From: Candidatus Hydrogenedentota bacterium
GTDB lineage: Bacteria > Hydrogenedentota > Hydrogenedentia > Hydrogenedentales > JAEUWI01
Assembly (NCBI GenBank): GCA_034669905.1
Contig: JAXMOL010000031.1
Span: 1-64,000 of the forward strand
DNA length: 64,000 nt
Reading direction: 5' to 3'
The notes beneath the pieces are model-generated. The model was given only the letters and a program-made list of their open reading frames with translations, was not told the origin of the DNA and ran no database searches. Of this stretch, positions 7,471 through 18,120 are shown one piece after another. A program made the translations under genes and the position numbers. Positions within the stretch are counted from its first letter, which is position 1, and each line of letters begins with the position of its first letter.

Positions 7471-9942
7471 TTACGGAGCGCTATAGGATGCCCCTGAGAG
7501 CGCATAGACCTGCTGGGCATAGGCCCAATCGGTCTGCCCCGGCGCGAGGCCTTTCCGCCCGAATCCGACCAGTTCCGTGACCGTAAGGGGCGTCGGTGCT
7601 ACCAGGGCGGCGACCTGCGGGATATCAATCACTTTCAGCACACCCGGTACGCACAGCGAAAGAGGCTGGGGCTGGTCGTTTTCCAGGTAGTAGCGATAGC
7701 TCGCCAGAACGCCATCCGCCTGAACGGCCAGAAACCCGGGCTCCAAGGCAGCCGCATACAGGGCCATCAACGCCCCCGCGTCTACGCCATGTACCGAGAT
7801 AGCCGCACCATCCACGTCTCTTCGCGACGCCAGAAAACGCCGATACTGCAGCAGATCCCAGACCTGTTGGCCAAAGAGTGGACGTCCCAGCACAATCGAA
7901 TCGCTGGTCAGGTGATTTTCATGGCGAACCGATTCGCCCGTACCCCGGGGATCCAATACGAGCACCGGGCCCGCTTGAGCCGCTTCGGCTGCATAACCAC
8001 TTCGGATCGCCTGCCGTTTATCCTCGTGTCCACCGAGGAAAATGGTAGCGGGTGCCGCACCTTCCTGATTTACCGGGCGGGCAAAGACGGCGCCCACCTC
8101 CATGCTGGCTTCGACTTCAATGGCCAGTACTTCGACATGCAGACCGTCCTGCTCAAATTGGCGTACGGTGCGTGTGAGCGGCGTAAAGTCGGCCGGCTTT
8201 CCACCGAGCACTTCCCAAACTTCGTCACGCCATTGGGGCGCGCGGGCTTCCCATGCTTCCCGGGAAGCGGGCACATCGCTGTAGGCCCCAATCATGGTGT
8301 CTGCGAGCTTCTGATTCAGGGTAACCACCGTCTCGGCCCCTTCGGGCATAGTGCCATCCTTAAAGCAGAGCAAATCAGGCGACTTCGGGTCCTCCGCCTT
8401 GAAGCCCTCCTCCGCGATGGGTTCGCCCGCTCCCTTTCCGAGCAGCCACTGGTTCATCCAGCCCCACCCGGCTTCACGCAAGGGTTTCCCCCACCCGTGC
8501 CCTTCATCCGAGAGGACACTCTTCACCTTTTCCGCGCTCTCCACCATGCCATAGATTTGCTTCGCCCGCTCAATGGTTTCGCGGTGGCCCGCGACGGGAA
8601 AGATCTTGTCTTTCGCACCATTGCCCGCCAGGAAGGGGCGGGGCGCATTCAGCCCGATGATTTCAAACTCTTCCATCTCATGCGCGATGCCGGGGATGTG
8701 GTTACAGATGCAGTGGTTGCCTCCTTCGGCCAGCCAAAGGTCATAGGAGCAGACGAAGGAAAAAGACGTTCCCGCCTGAATCCGTTCGTCGAGGGGCATG
8801 GTGTAGAACACGTTCTCACCGCCACCCGAGTTACCCGCCAAACCGAGGCGATTGACATCCACTTCTTCCCGGGTCGTCAGATAGTCAAAGGACCGTATGG
8901 TATCCCATACGATGTAGCCCTCATTGGTCTGTCCCACTAACAATGAACCGTAGCCCAAGGTATGACTGAACCCCGGAAGCCTCCGCTCCCCCTGTCCGAT
9001 GGGGTCATAGGCGAGGACGATAATGCCCTCTTTTACCATGCCCAACTGGCCCATCTGGTAGAGGTCATAGTTCTTCGCATCCTCCATCGCGTGCCCCGGA
9101 ACCACCACGACCGCAGGGGCCTTGGGTTCCCGCTCTTTGGGAATATAAAGGTTGGCGGTGACATAGAAATTGGGACGGCTCTCAAAGACGATATTCTCCA
9201 CGAAATAGAAGTCACGTTCCGCGCGCCCGGTGACCTGTGCATTCAGCGGCGTCTTCTCCGGCCAGGGGGCCAAGCCCAATCCATCCTGCAAGTCAGCCCG
9301 TAATCCGGGGGCGCGCTCCTGCCAATCGGCAAGACTTTCCGGATCCTTACGCGCGGACAACGCCTTTCGGCTGGCATCAATATTGAAGCGCAACGGGTCT
9401 GCGTTCGCCGGCAAGCCGTCCGGATAGACCATCCAACGACGTTGCTCCCGGATAGCCGTGTCGGGGTCCAACTCCAGGTCGCGGGTCAATAGAATGCTGT
9501 CCACCGACTCGTGCCCATCAGCCGCATCGTGCACCTTCACCGCCACCGTACCCGCTTTCAGGGAGACTTCACCCGCCTTCTGCCAGGACCACAAACGTTC
9601 ACTCCCGGTGTGGGTGGGCGGAAAGGTTGTTTCTCCTACCTGAATGGCATAGGCGCGGTTGGAATTCTCCGAGGTATAGCCCCGCGTCCAAACCGCGTAG
9701 GTTCCCTCTTCCGTAATCTTCGCTCGCCCGTCCATCGTGGAAGTGGCGATAGCCGGATCCTTCGCGTTCGAGGTACGAAATCCCGAGCCGAGGAATCCAC
9801 TGATATTATCCTGCTTTTGCCATGGGCCTTTAAAACCCTCGACTTCCAGTTGGATGGGGTCGGCATAGCTGGATACCGCAAGCCCCCCGACTCCGACACA
9901 GACTAAACCTGCACAAAAAATGTTTTTGATCATGAATTTCAC
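7471..9942 (-). CDS. Secreted alpha/beta-hydrolase (acetylxylan esterase-like) with an N-terminal beta-sandwich module and a second degenerate hydrolase domain
   Basis: Signal peptide; GNSGGG nucleophile elbow; YDPIGQGER; second domain with LDPRGTGE but GVDAGA in place of GxSxG. Confidence 0.8.
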   Translation of the reverse strand: MKFMIKNIFCAGLVCVGVGGLAVSSYADPIQLEVEGFKGPWQKQDNISGFLGSGFRTSNAKDPAIATSTMDGRAKITEEGTYAVWTRGYTSENSNRAYAIQVGETTFPPTHTGSERLWSWQKAGEVSLKAGTVAVKVHDAADGHESVDSILLTRDLELDPDTAIREQRRWMVYPDGLPANADPLRFNIDASRKALSARKDPESLADWQERAPGLRADLQDGLGLAPWPEKTPLNAQVTGRAERDFYFVENIVFESRPNFYVTANLYIPKEREPKAPAVVVVPGHAMEDAKNYDLYQMGQLGMVKEGIIVLAYDPIGQGERRLPGFSHTLGYGSLLVGQTNEGYIVWDTIRSFDYLTTREEVDVNRLGLAGNSGGGENVFYTMPLDERIQAGTSFSFVCSYDLWLAEGGNHCICNHIPGIAHEMEEFEIIGLNAPRPFLAGNGAKDKIFPVAGHRETIERAKQIYGMVESAEKVKSVLSDEGHGWGKPLREAGWGWMNQWLLGKGAGEPIAEEGFKAEDPKSPDLLCFKDGTMPEGAETVVTLNQKLADTMIGAYSDVPASREAWEARAPQWRDEVWEVLGGKPADFTPLTRTVRQFEQDGLHVEVLAIEVEASMEVGAVFARPVNQEGAAPATIFLGGHEDKRQAIRSGYAAEAAQAGPVLVLDPRGTGESVRHENHLTSDSIVLGRPLFGQQVWDLLQYRRFLASRRDVDGAAISVHGVDAGALMALYAAALEPGFLAVQADGVLASYRYYLENDQPQPLSLCVPGVLKVIDIPQVAALVAPTPLTVTELVGFGRKGLAPGQTDWAYAQQVYALSGASYSAP

Positions 9943-10078
9943 TTCCTATTGGTTGGAATCGTGAATATACCCATTTGAGGTCGCTCCATACAAGGGCTCA
10001 CCGGCATCCCTGCGCCATTTGCTTGACGGATTTCGTTGGAAGCGTTAGGATAGGGACAGCTATTCTGAAGTCGAGTGC

Positions 10079-13018
10079 ATGAGACAAACATCATGCTGCG
10101 GCACATTAATCGCGGGCACGGGGCATAGCACCACTCCACCGATCCACACTTCTCAGGGAATGTATGGACCGTGTGGCGCGGTGCCTTACCTTCCGGATCA
10201 TCTTGAGGCTATTGCTATGCACGTATATGCAACCACTCAGTCCAAAAACACCGGTGGGCCTTTCCTTCGGACACTTGCGCGATCCATGATCACCCTTGTA
10301 ACCGTATTAGCAATCTGCTTCTCCACCCACCGCGCGGAAGCCACACTGATAGAAAAAAACGGGGTCATTGAAACGAAACTGGATGCCTTGCTCGCAGCGT
10401 GGCCCACGAAAGCCTCTGACTTTGACGGCACCGAAGCCCTGCTCCAGGATCTCGCCGCCGAACTGACCCGCGTGTTTCAGCCGACGAAGGAAGTGCATCT
10501 GCGATTTAACCTCATAAACTCCCCCCGTACGAGGACCCTATCGAATCGCCATTTGCAACCATCCGTCATTGCGGGGCTGGAACTCCGGGAATTCTTTCAG
10601 GATGAGAATCAGGAAACCCATTACGAGTCCCCCCAAGCGTATCTTCCCTACACCCCGAAGTATTTTGGCATTCACTGCCGCACCCCTATCCCCGGACGGC
10701 GGGCTTATTGGTCAGACTTCATTGTCGTTGATATCGAACGACAACGCTGTCACGCGACACGATTTGACGAGCATAGTGAACTACATCAAATCGCGGTCAT
10801 GTTTTGGAGCTCCAGCACATGGCATGCACTGGAGTTCACCTACCAGCCCGGCGGAAGGCCGCAGAAACTCGAGGTCTGGCGCGACAAAGCACAGGCCGCG
10901 TTCCGAGCAACATGGGACCACCTGGGCGAGCTAACCTTACAAGGTTTCGACGAGCAGCAGACTGCTGAGACAGGCCTGGTTCCGTGCAGCATTTCCGTTT
11001 CCTTTTCCGACCCACGAAAGGGCGACACAGGCGCTCGCGCTGCTTCACCAGGCAGATTCGAGAGTCCATATGCTGCCATAACCATGCTTCCGAAAGGTCA
11101 GGCCACCCGAATTGATGCGCCTCCCTTGGAATCGTATGAATTCGCAGGCTGGACTGGTGACGGCGACGGTGCACTTCCAACCACCTATGTCACCCCCATC
11201 GAGCCCATTCATCTTATTGCCCACTATGTGTGGCCCAACCCACACAGTGGTTCCCCGTATCGAAACCTCAGCAATACGCTGAATGCGCGGGTCCAGCAAG
11301 ACTCGGGGCTCGCCCCGGAATCCCGCACGAGCTATGACTTGATGGACATCCAGAGCCTGGATCTCTCCGACTCCATCTTCGAGGACGAGGAGCACCTGCA
11401 ATTCTTTTACTCATTACGTGAATTGAATGTCTCCCGTATCCCCATGTTACAAGCCTTCCCCCTTAGCCACCACTTCGCCATCGAACAACGCCTCAAAGCC
11501 CAAACCTGGCAATTCAGTCCAGGCCTGCTATCTAAAGTTTCTCTCGCACTCCATACTGCCCAATCTCCGCCCATCCAAAAACTCGTGGCCAACAACACCG
11601 CAATAGCAAACCTGAAAGCCCTCGCCTTTCTCCCCGATCTACGACATTTGGAGCTACGTCATTGCGGTCTTACAAACCTTCAATTCCTCTCCGGACTCGA
11701 GGGATTGGAGACATTGGAACTGAGCGACAATCTTATCCAGGACATATCCCAACTGAGCACGCTGCCCGCCCCCCCGCGAAAGACGGTGCTTGCTCGAAAC
11801 CATATTACGACACTGGAAGCGTTGGAGAAGCGCCCAACCTGGCCCGGGGGCACAGAGCTCGATGTGACCGAGAACAAATTGAGCCCCATTGCCATGCAAC
11901 AGACAATTCCAACGCTGAAAGAGAGGCAGTTGAATGTACACTTCTCCCACGTTGCCTTTCCCAACGACGCCAGCGACCATCAGGACGATAGCGACGGCGA
12001 TGGGTATAGCGATGAAGACGAGTGGCGCTATGCCACTATCATGGCTACGGACATAAACGCCCGTTATGAGCTTTACCGTAAAGCGGTCGCCAATGCGACC
12101 ATTCCGTCGGAGCATTTAAAGCGACTCCCCAATGCGAAACATAACCCCGATGGCTCAATCTCGCTCGATACCATTCCCACGGTAGAAATGCGTATACGGG
12201 TCGATGGGCGTGGCGAAGTCTATCCGGGGCCGGGAACCCACCGCGTTGCCATACAAGCCCCTGATGACACCGGGAATCTAACGACGAATCGTATCTTGCT
12301 GGATCCGCAAGCACAAGAGGGGTGGGCGGCAGAGCCCTTCATCACCACAATTGCCCCGATTCCATACCGGAATCTCGCGCCGGGCTCATTGGTATATCCT
12401 GTAGCACTGAATCCCGAACGCACGATGAACTTCCGATTCAGACGGCATTATAAGGCCGTGGAAGTGGATTTGGCCGGGGCGTTGTCCACCTTCCTTCAAG
12501 AGCACTTTCCCGACGAGGATATGCTTACCTTCGACAAGAACGGATTAATCGACCACGTGAAGAAGCCAGACGAGCCCACCGAGAATGGCATGCCAGATCT
12601 CGTTGAGTTGCTCGTACTCCAACGTCTGCTTCGTACTCCCACGTACGACGAATCACCTCGCTATGGACTTCGATTCGCGGACGTTGTAGAACGGTGGGAG
12701 CGAAATCACGCTATCGCCCGAAGGGCTATTGGCGTCCGGGACAGCGAAGCCCCACATCTCGCTCTTCTCCTCGCCGCCCAAGCCACGATGGGAGATTGGA
12801 AACCCACACGCGCCACCATTGCACTCCTACGCAACACCACAGGACACGAGATTCTACCCGGCCAATTTCCAGAGGGATTCATTCGAAACTTCCCGCCAGA
12901 CATGCATTTTAGAAAACAACTGGACAAAAATGGTGTCCGATGGAATCGACTGCTCCGTGGACGAACCGTCACCCAGGAGATAATCGACGCATTCCTGGAG
13001 GGCACCTTCTCCAACTGA
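10079..13018 (+). CDS. Large leucine-rich-repeat protein, probably exported (start uncertain, likely downstream of 10079)
   Basis: LRRs (LRHLELRHCGLTNL, LETLELSDNLIQDI); B-repeat-like YEFAGWTGD; DSDGDGYSDEDE Ca-binding-like motif; signal-peptide-like stretch near residues 70-88. Confidence 0.65.
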   Translation: MRQTSCCGTLIAGTGHSTTPPIHTSQGMYGPCGAVPYLPDHLEAIAMHVYATTQSKNTGGPFLRTLARSMITLVTVLAICFSTHRAEATLIEKNGVIETKLDALLAAWPTKASDFDGTEALLQDLAAELTRVFQPTKEVHLRFNLINSPRTRTLSNRHLQPSVIAGLELREFFQDENQETHYESPQAYLPYTPKYFGIHCRTPIPGRRAYWSDFIVVDIERQRCHATRFDEHSELHQIAVMFWSSSTWHALEFTYQPGGRPQKLEVWRDKAQAAFRATWDHLGELTLQGFDEQQTAETGLVPCSISVSFSDPRKGDTGARAASPGRFESPYAAITMLPKGQATRIDAPPLESYEFAGWTGDGDGALPTTYVTPIEPIHLIAHYVWPNPHSGSPYRNLSNTLNARVQQDSGLAPESRTSYDLMDIQSLDLSDSIFEDEEHLQFFYSLRELNVSRIPMLQAFPLSHHFAIEQRLKAQTWQFSPGLLSKVSLALHTAQSPPIQKLVANNTAIANLKALAFLPDLRHLELRHCGLTNLQFLSGLEGLETLELSDNLIQDISQLSTLPAPPRKTVLARNHITTLEALEKRPTWPGGTELDVTENKLSPIAMQQTIPTLKERQLNVHFSHVAFPNDASDHQDDSDGDGYSDEDEWRYATIMATDINARYELYRKAVANATIPSEHLKRLPNAKHNPDGSISLDTIPTVEMRIRVDGRGEVYPGPGTHRVAIQAPDDTGNLTTNRILLDPQAQEGWAAEPFITTIAPIPYRNLAPGSLVYPVALNPERTMNFRFRRHYKAVEVDLAGALSTFLQEHFPDEDMLTFDKNGLIDHVKKPDEPTENGMPDLVELLVLQRLLRTPTYDESPRYGLRFADVVERWERNHAIARRAIGVRDSEAPHLALLLAAQATMGDWKPTRATIALLRNTTGHEILPGQFPEGFIRNFPPDMHFRKQLDKNGVRWNRLLRGRTVTQEIIDAFLEGTFSN

Positions 13019-13039
13019 CGCGTATTAAGCCGTGCGAGA

Positions 13040-15793
13040 TCACGGGGAGACACTCGGAATTGCAAAGGGGGCCGGGCTTGTTTCGATACAATCGGCCCAC
13101 TGCCGGACCGTTTCCGCGAAGGCTTCGCGCATATCCCCATCCTCCGTATGCGCTTTCCAATCCGTTGGAAAATTTGCAGGTCGTTGAATCCCACAATGGG
13201 CTTCCAACTTCCCAAACAGGGGTTCTAACAAACGGAAGCGCGATTCCGTGGGGTCATCCGCCACCCGTCTCAGCCAATACATATCCCGCAGTGCCGGAAA
13301 GTCTCGAAATCCGTCGCTTGGGAATGCTTCCGGGTACTGTATTCGATAATCATCGACGTACCTCGCCGCCGATTTAGCGTCAGACATCTTGTGATGGAGC
13401 TGTACCATCCTGTCGAAGGCGAGCCGCCGCAATCCTTGATTCGAACTATTCAAACTCAACTCGGCAAAGGTACGCGTATCTCCCTCAAACTCCGAACGCT
13501 TCCAAATGTACTTACGATTCAACACAAAGAGCGCCTCGTTGCGCGCTTCCTCATCTTCAGAGGTCGCTATCAATTTCAACTCTTCGTAAAAGTTGGGCCA
13601 CAGGGCATCGCCCAGATGGTCTATAGCCAAGGATTTTGCCTTCAATGGCTTATCTCGTAGCGCAGCTCTCACCTCATTTTCCACGCGTTTCTTTAGTTCC
13701 GCGTCTTCGGTGGCGCGATAGATTTTCGCAAGCCCCCGGATACCTTCAGCCTCCACATCGAATTCACTGGACTTTGCTGCCTCCGCGAAAAAGGGGATGA
13801 GCGTCACATCGCGGTAGTCGCGGAGCAACCGATAAAGGCTCGAAAAGTATCGTCTCTTATAGAGGCCTGTGGCCCCTTCGGGCGGTAGCGGGGTCTCGCG
13901 AAGAAAGGCCACGATGACGGGGATAGCTTCTTCACGGACCATGCCCAACTCCTTAATTATCGAACTCCGGTCGCTGGGGCCCTTACTGAGAACTGCATCT
14001 CGGACCAGTTTTTCGAGCCGTGACCTACGTGGGTCTTGAGGAAGTGTACCCACGACAAATTCAACAACAGGGGCGCGAACGCGACCGTACCATTGAACGG
14101 AATCACTTCCGCGATAGGCCAGCGCAAGGCTGTAGGCTCCCTCTAACGTCTCATCAATCGCTACAGTCCGCACTAACGATGCACCAGGCTCCAGTAGAAC
14201 GGGCCGGTTGTCCTCGGTGTGATATTCCGCTCGAAATTCCCCTACGTCTCGTATTTTGTCACGGTCGACCAGCGTCCCGACAACATTCCCATAGGCGATG
14301 GTGGGCGGATCGGTCCATACAGGGGCTTCACTTATATTCTGCAAGGTCAATTCGACGAGGACCGTTTCACCCGGCTCAATACGATTGGGTTGCGTCTCTG
14401 CCTGAAACGACCATGTAGCGTCGCGGGCCTCCCGCCCCGCCCCGTAGACATGGTCAGCGAGGCCAGAAGTTTTGAATACGCACGATGGAATTCCCTCATC
14501 AACTCGGACGAAAGGCCTATTCTGTTGGGGGCTAAAGGGCTGATGGCTCAACTCGGAGCGACGACTGAAATCCATAGAGTGGATTCTTCGAAAAGACCGG
14601 TAGGAGCCCGCATAGATATCATGCAACGCATAGCTCGTGTCTCGCAGAATTACCGCCTCACCCGAAGGGCTCATCACATATCGTTGCGGCGCCGTGTCGT
14701 ATATAGATCCAAGGCTGTGATCACCGCGCGCGACTTGAATCGTACCGTTTCCTTTCGTAATGGAAAAATGGCCTTCCTCGAAGCGTGCCAGGCGGCCGGT
14801 CTGGTACCCATCGGCCAGACGCTGGGTCATTGAGTCCAAATCAACAAAGACATCGGCGAATCCACTGGCCGGGTGCCCAAACTCGGATCGGGTGCCCGTG
14901 GCGGGCGTAGTCAAGGGGAGAACCGCTACGGAGCGGTCTTCTCTATCCACGACAAACAGGCTCAGTTCGGATTTATTTTCATCGGAAGGATAACGCGTCC
15001 CATCAAGTGTTAACGCCATCGCAATACAGGCGAACTGTTCATCCCCTTGCCACGCAAATGACGGGTCGAAAGCGGGAAGACGCTGGTAGTTCAGGGAGAC
15101 GGATGATGCGTCCGGGATGGAGCTAATCCGCCATGTACCCGAGGGGGCGGGTACCGTGAGCTGAAAATCCAGGGGGATATGATCCTCTTCACGAAGATCG
15201 ACAATGCGACATGCCAATGCCGCGTCCGATTCCGAAGCGTCCTTTGAGGCCTGAAGAAGGCGCAAGAATCCATTATGGGAACGGCTCTTCAGAATCCAGT
15301 CTTTCTCTGCGCCGTCATCCAGCCTTCCCGAACGTCGGGAGCGTTTGCGCAGATCAATTATCTCCCACGCCCCACTTTCCCCCTCCGGCTCGTGATAGAC
15401 AAGTCCATCCTCTACACGCGCATTGGACGCAAGGGGAGTATCAAGCGCCACGACATTGGCTGTGCCCAATTCCACACCTATCAACCGATTCTTTTCGTAC
15501 CTAAAATACAGGGTTCCGTTGAACAATCCGACGACGCGTGTCGCGCCCTCCGGGGCGGTCACATGCACGATTTCGGTCGGCTCTGAAACGCCCCCCTCTG
15601 CCAGGTCTATCAGATAGAACACTTCCGTATCGTGGCGCATTTCACTGTAGATTACTATGGTGTCATCGGGCGTTTCACACCAACTGACTTGCGCCGAGAC
15701 CGAGAAAAATAAGACCACAAGCAACCCGACCAGATCAGCCGCCCGGCGGGTACACCCCAAACTCATTTGCCCTGTCATATTAAGCTCCCTCAT
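13040..15793 (-). CDS. Hypothetical exported protein with a C-terminal HEAT-like helical region
   Basis: 917-aa ORF with signal-like N-terminus, Ig-like middle (IEPGETVLVELTLQN) and helical repeats (EEARNEALFVL). Confidence 0.6.
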   Translation of the reverse strand: MRELNMTGQMSLGCTRRAADLVGLLVVLFFSVSAQVSWCETPDDTIVIYSEMRHDTEVFYLIDLAEGGVSEPTEIVHVTAPEGATRVVGLFNGTLYFRYEKNRLIGVELGTANVVALDTPLASNARVEDGLVYHEPEGESGAWEIIDLRKRSRRSGRLDDGAEKDWILKSRSHNGFLRLLQASKDASESDAALACRIVDLREEDHIPLDFQLTVPAPSGTWRISSIPDASSVSLNYQRLPAFDPSFAWQGDEQFACIAMALTLDGTRYPSDENKSELSLFVVDREDRSVAVLPLTTPATGTRSEFGHPASGFADVFVDLDSMTQRLADGYQTGRLARFEEGHFSITKGNGTIQVARGDHSLGSIYDTAPQRYVMSPSGEAVILRDTSYALHDIYAGSYRSFRRIHSMDFSRRSELSHQPFSPQQNRPFVRVDEGIPSCVFKTSGLADHVYGAGREARDATWSFQAETQPNRIEPGETVLVELTLQNISEAPVWTDPPTIAYGNVVGTLVDRDKIRDVGEFRAEYHTEDNRPVLLEPGASLVRTVAIDETLEGAYSLALAYRGSDSVQWYGRVRAPVVEFVVGTLPQDPRRSRLEKLVRDAVLSKGPSDRSSIIKELGMVREEAIPVIVAFLRETPLPPEGATGLYKRRYFSSLYRLLRDYRDVTLIPFFAEAAKSSEFDVEAEGIRGLAKIYRATEDAELKKRVENEVRAALRDKPLKAKSLAIDHLGDALWPNFYEELKLIATSEDEEARNEALFVLNRKYIWKRSEFEGDTRTFAELSLNSSNQGLRRLAFDRMVQLHHKMSDAKSAARYVDDYRIQYPEAFPSDGFRDFPALRDMYWLRRVADDPTESRFRLLEPLFGKLEAHCGIQRPANFPTDWKAHTEDGDMREAFAETVRQWADCIETSPAPFAIPSVSP

Positions 15794-15869
15794 TGTGATT
15801 ACCCCAAAGCCACCGCTAATCTCAACTAAGTATACCGCACCCTGACTGTGTCACCAAGCAGACAACACG

Positions 15870-16994
15870 TCACTTCACGCGCTTGGAAAACGCCACGACC
15901 TGACGGACGATTTCCTCGCGGTCATCGGTAATATGGAGCAGGTCGTGATACTCCTTTCCTTCCGACAGCTGGGCGATCAGGGGATAGATGGGTTTGGTGT
16001 GGGTCCAGTAGACCTTTCCAAAAAAAATCATGGGACTCGCATGGCCAAAGGTCTTGTAGTGATTCTGGGTAGCGTCCTGGAAAATTTCCTGGATGGTACC
16101 GGCGCTGCCCGGTGAAAAGACCACGCCGTTACGCGCGATGCCAAGGAGACCCTCTTCCCGCACACTGTTGGCAAAATACTTGGCGATGTGCAGGGCAAAA
16201 CAGGTGGGCGGCTCGTGACCGTAGAGCCAGGTGGGTATGCCGAGGCTATCGCACCACGTGCGCGACGTCACCGGGTACTTTTCCATGACTTCGAAGGCGG
16301 CATCCAGCCAGGCATCCTGGGGCACGTAGGTAGGTGCCTTGGAGAGTATTCGCACCGCATCTTGCAATTCGCTATCGGAACGTTCGGCCAACCACGCACC
16401 AAGATGGGTCGCTTCCATGGCGCCCGGCCCACCACCACTGGCTGGCAGAAAACCCTTGTGAATGATATCTCGAGAGAGACGTGCCACCTCAAGGTACATG
16501 GGATGGTCACGTCCCATATTGTGCCCCCCCATGATGGCCACCACCCGCTTTCCCACCAGGTATTCTTGCAACGCATCCGATATGGCATGATCATGGAGTC
16601 GCCGTGCGAGGGTGATACGCACATCCATATTGTCATCTTTTCCTTCATCCACATACTGTTGATAGGTCGCGCCATCCACCGTGGTGACATAGGTCTCTGG
16701 ACGCCCAATTTCGTAGCCTCCCAGTAGTTCCTCCGGCGAATAGAGATGCGCGCGAAAGGGGTTGAAGGGCAGGCCCGGCAGGTTCGGAAAGATGAGTGGC
16801 TCCTCAAAGAGCGCCTGAACGGAGGGCGGCAAGGTACATCCGAGCAACAGGTTATCTCGAAGTATCACCCCGGAAAGCTCGCGCACCAGCCCGGTGAAGT
16901 CAACCGACTGAAAGGCAGCGCCGCTTAAATCCCTGGTGAGCTTGAGGTGGAGCTGAAGTTCCAGTGCGCTCTCGATTTCAATTCTTCCGGGCAT
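15870..16994 (-). CDS. LOG/SLOG-family Rossmann-fold nucleotide-binding protein
   Basis: MGGH, SGGGPGAMEA, REEGLL and PGSAGTIQEIFQD motifs. Confidence 0.85.
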   Translation of the reverse strand: MPGRIEIESALELQLHLKLTRDLSGAAFQSVDFTGLVRELSGVILRDNLLLGCTLPPSVQALFEEPLIFPNLPGLPFNPFRAHLYSPEELLGGYEIGRPETYVTTVDGATYQQYVDEGKDDNMDVRITLARRLHDHAISDALQEYLVGKRVVAIMGGHNMGRDHPMYLEVARLSRDIIHKGFLPASGGGPGAMEATHLGAWLAERSDSELQDAVRILSKAPTYVPQDAWLDAAFEVMEKYPVTSRTWCDSLGIPTWLYGHEPPTCFALHIAKYFANSVREEGLLGIARNGVVFSPGSAGTIQEIFQDATQNHYKTFGHASPMIFFGKVYWTHTKPIYPLIAQLSEGKEYHDLLHITDDREEIVRQVVAFSKRVK

Positions 16995-17268
16995 AACTTC
17001 TTCCTGAAGGGTCGGAGACCATGGGGGTGGTCCATCTGGAATTGCAATTCTATCGCAGCCGAGGGCGTCCATCTTTCCCGATAGGCCCTTCCGGTTGCAA
17101 GTTCGCCTAACCATCCTAAGCTTGCAACGGCGCGCCGTCGTGCTCTACCGTGACGGGAGAAGTCGGTCTTCGTTGTACCGGGACAGACCGGGTGTTTTCT
17201 TTTCCTGCACCTTCAGCATGAAGCTACCCCGCCTCTACCCCGTTAGATTCATCACGTTGGAGCACGCC

Positions 17269-18120
17269 ATGGGCAAGAAAAAAGAAAAAAAGAAAAAAGA
17301 CGGAATACTAAAAAAAGGCGATGGTGCCGGAGAGAATACGCGCAAAACCCTTCGCAACAAGGACTACCAGAAAGCCCTTGGCCAGCTCCAAATCGAACTC
17401 GTCAAGTTACAGGAATGGATTAAGGCGGAAGGGCTGAAAGTGGTCGTGCTCTTCGAGGGGCGCGACGCTGCGGGCAAAGGGGGGGCCATCAAGCGAATCA
17501 CCGAGAGCCTGAACCCCCGTGTCTGCCGGGTTGTCGCCCTGGGTACGCCCACCGAGCGAGAGAAAAGTCAGTGGTATTTTCAGCGCTACGTCGCCCACCT
17601 CCCCGCCGCAGGAGAGATGGTGCTCTTTGATCGCAGCTGGTATAACCGTGCGGGGGTAGAGCGCGTCATGGGCTTCTGCACGAAAGCAGAGCTCGAAGAG
17701 TTCTACCGTTCCTGCCCTGAGTTTGAGCGCATGCTGGTTCGCTCGGGAATTATCCTCATCAAATACTGGTTCTCCGTCGATGACACCATTCAGGAAGAGC
17801 GCTTTCGGGCGCGCCTGACGGACCCTACCAAACGGTGGAAGCTCAGCCCCATGGACCTGGCCTCCCGTTCCAAATGGCTGGACTACTCCAAGGCGAAGGA
17901 CGACATGTTTAATCATACCGACATCAAACAGGCGCCGTGGTACGTGGTTAATGCCGATGACAAGAAGCGCGCCCGGCTGAACTGTATTGCCCACCTGCTA
18001 AGTAAAATCACCTACAAAGACCTGACGCCAGAGCCGGTTGAGTTAGAACCCCGCGTGATCGATACGGGCTATGTGCGGCCACCGATTTCGGATCAAACTT
18101 TCGTTCCGGAAGTGTACTAA
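17269..18120 (+). CDS. ppk2: Polyphosphate kinase 2
   Basis: FEGRDAAGKGG, FDRSWYNRAGVERVMGF and KRWKLSPMD motifs. Confidence 0.95.
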   Translation: MGKKKEKKKKDGILKKGDGAGENTRKTLRNKDYQKALGQLQIELVKLQEWIKAEGLKVVVLFEGRDAAGKGGAIKRITESLNPRVCRVVALGTPTEREKSQWYFQRYVAHLPAAGEMVLFDRSWYNRAGVERVMGFCTKAELEEFYRSCPEFERMLVRSGIILIKYWFSVDDTIQEERFRARLTDPTKRWKLSPMDLASRSKWLDYSKAKDDMFNHTDIKQAPWYVVNADDKKRARLNCIAHLLSKITYKDLTPEPVELEPRVIDTGYVRPPISDQTFVPEVY

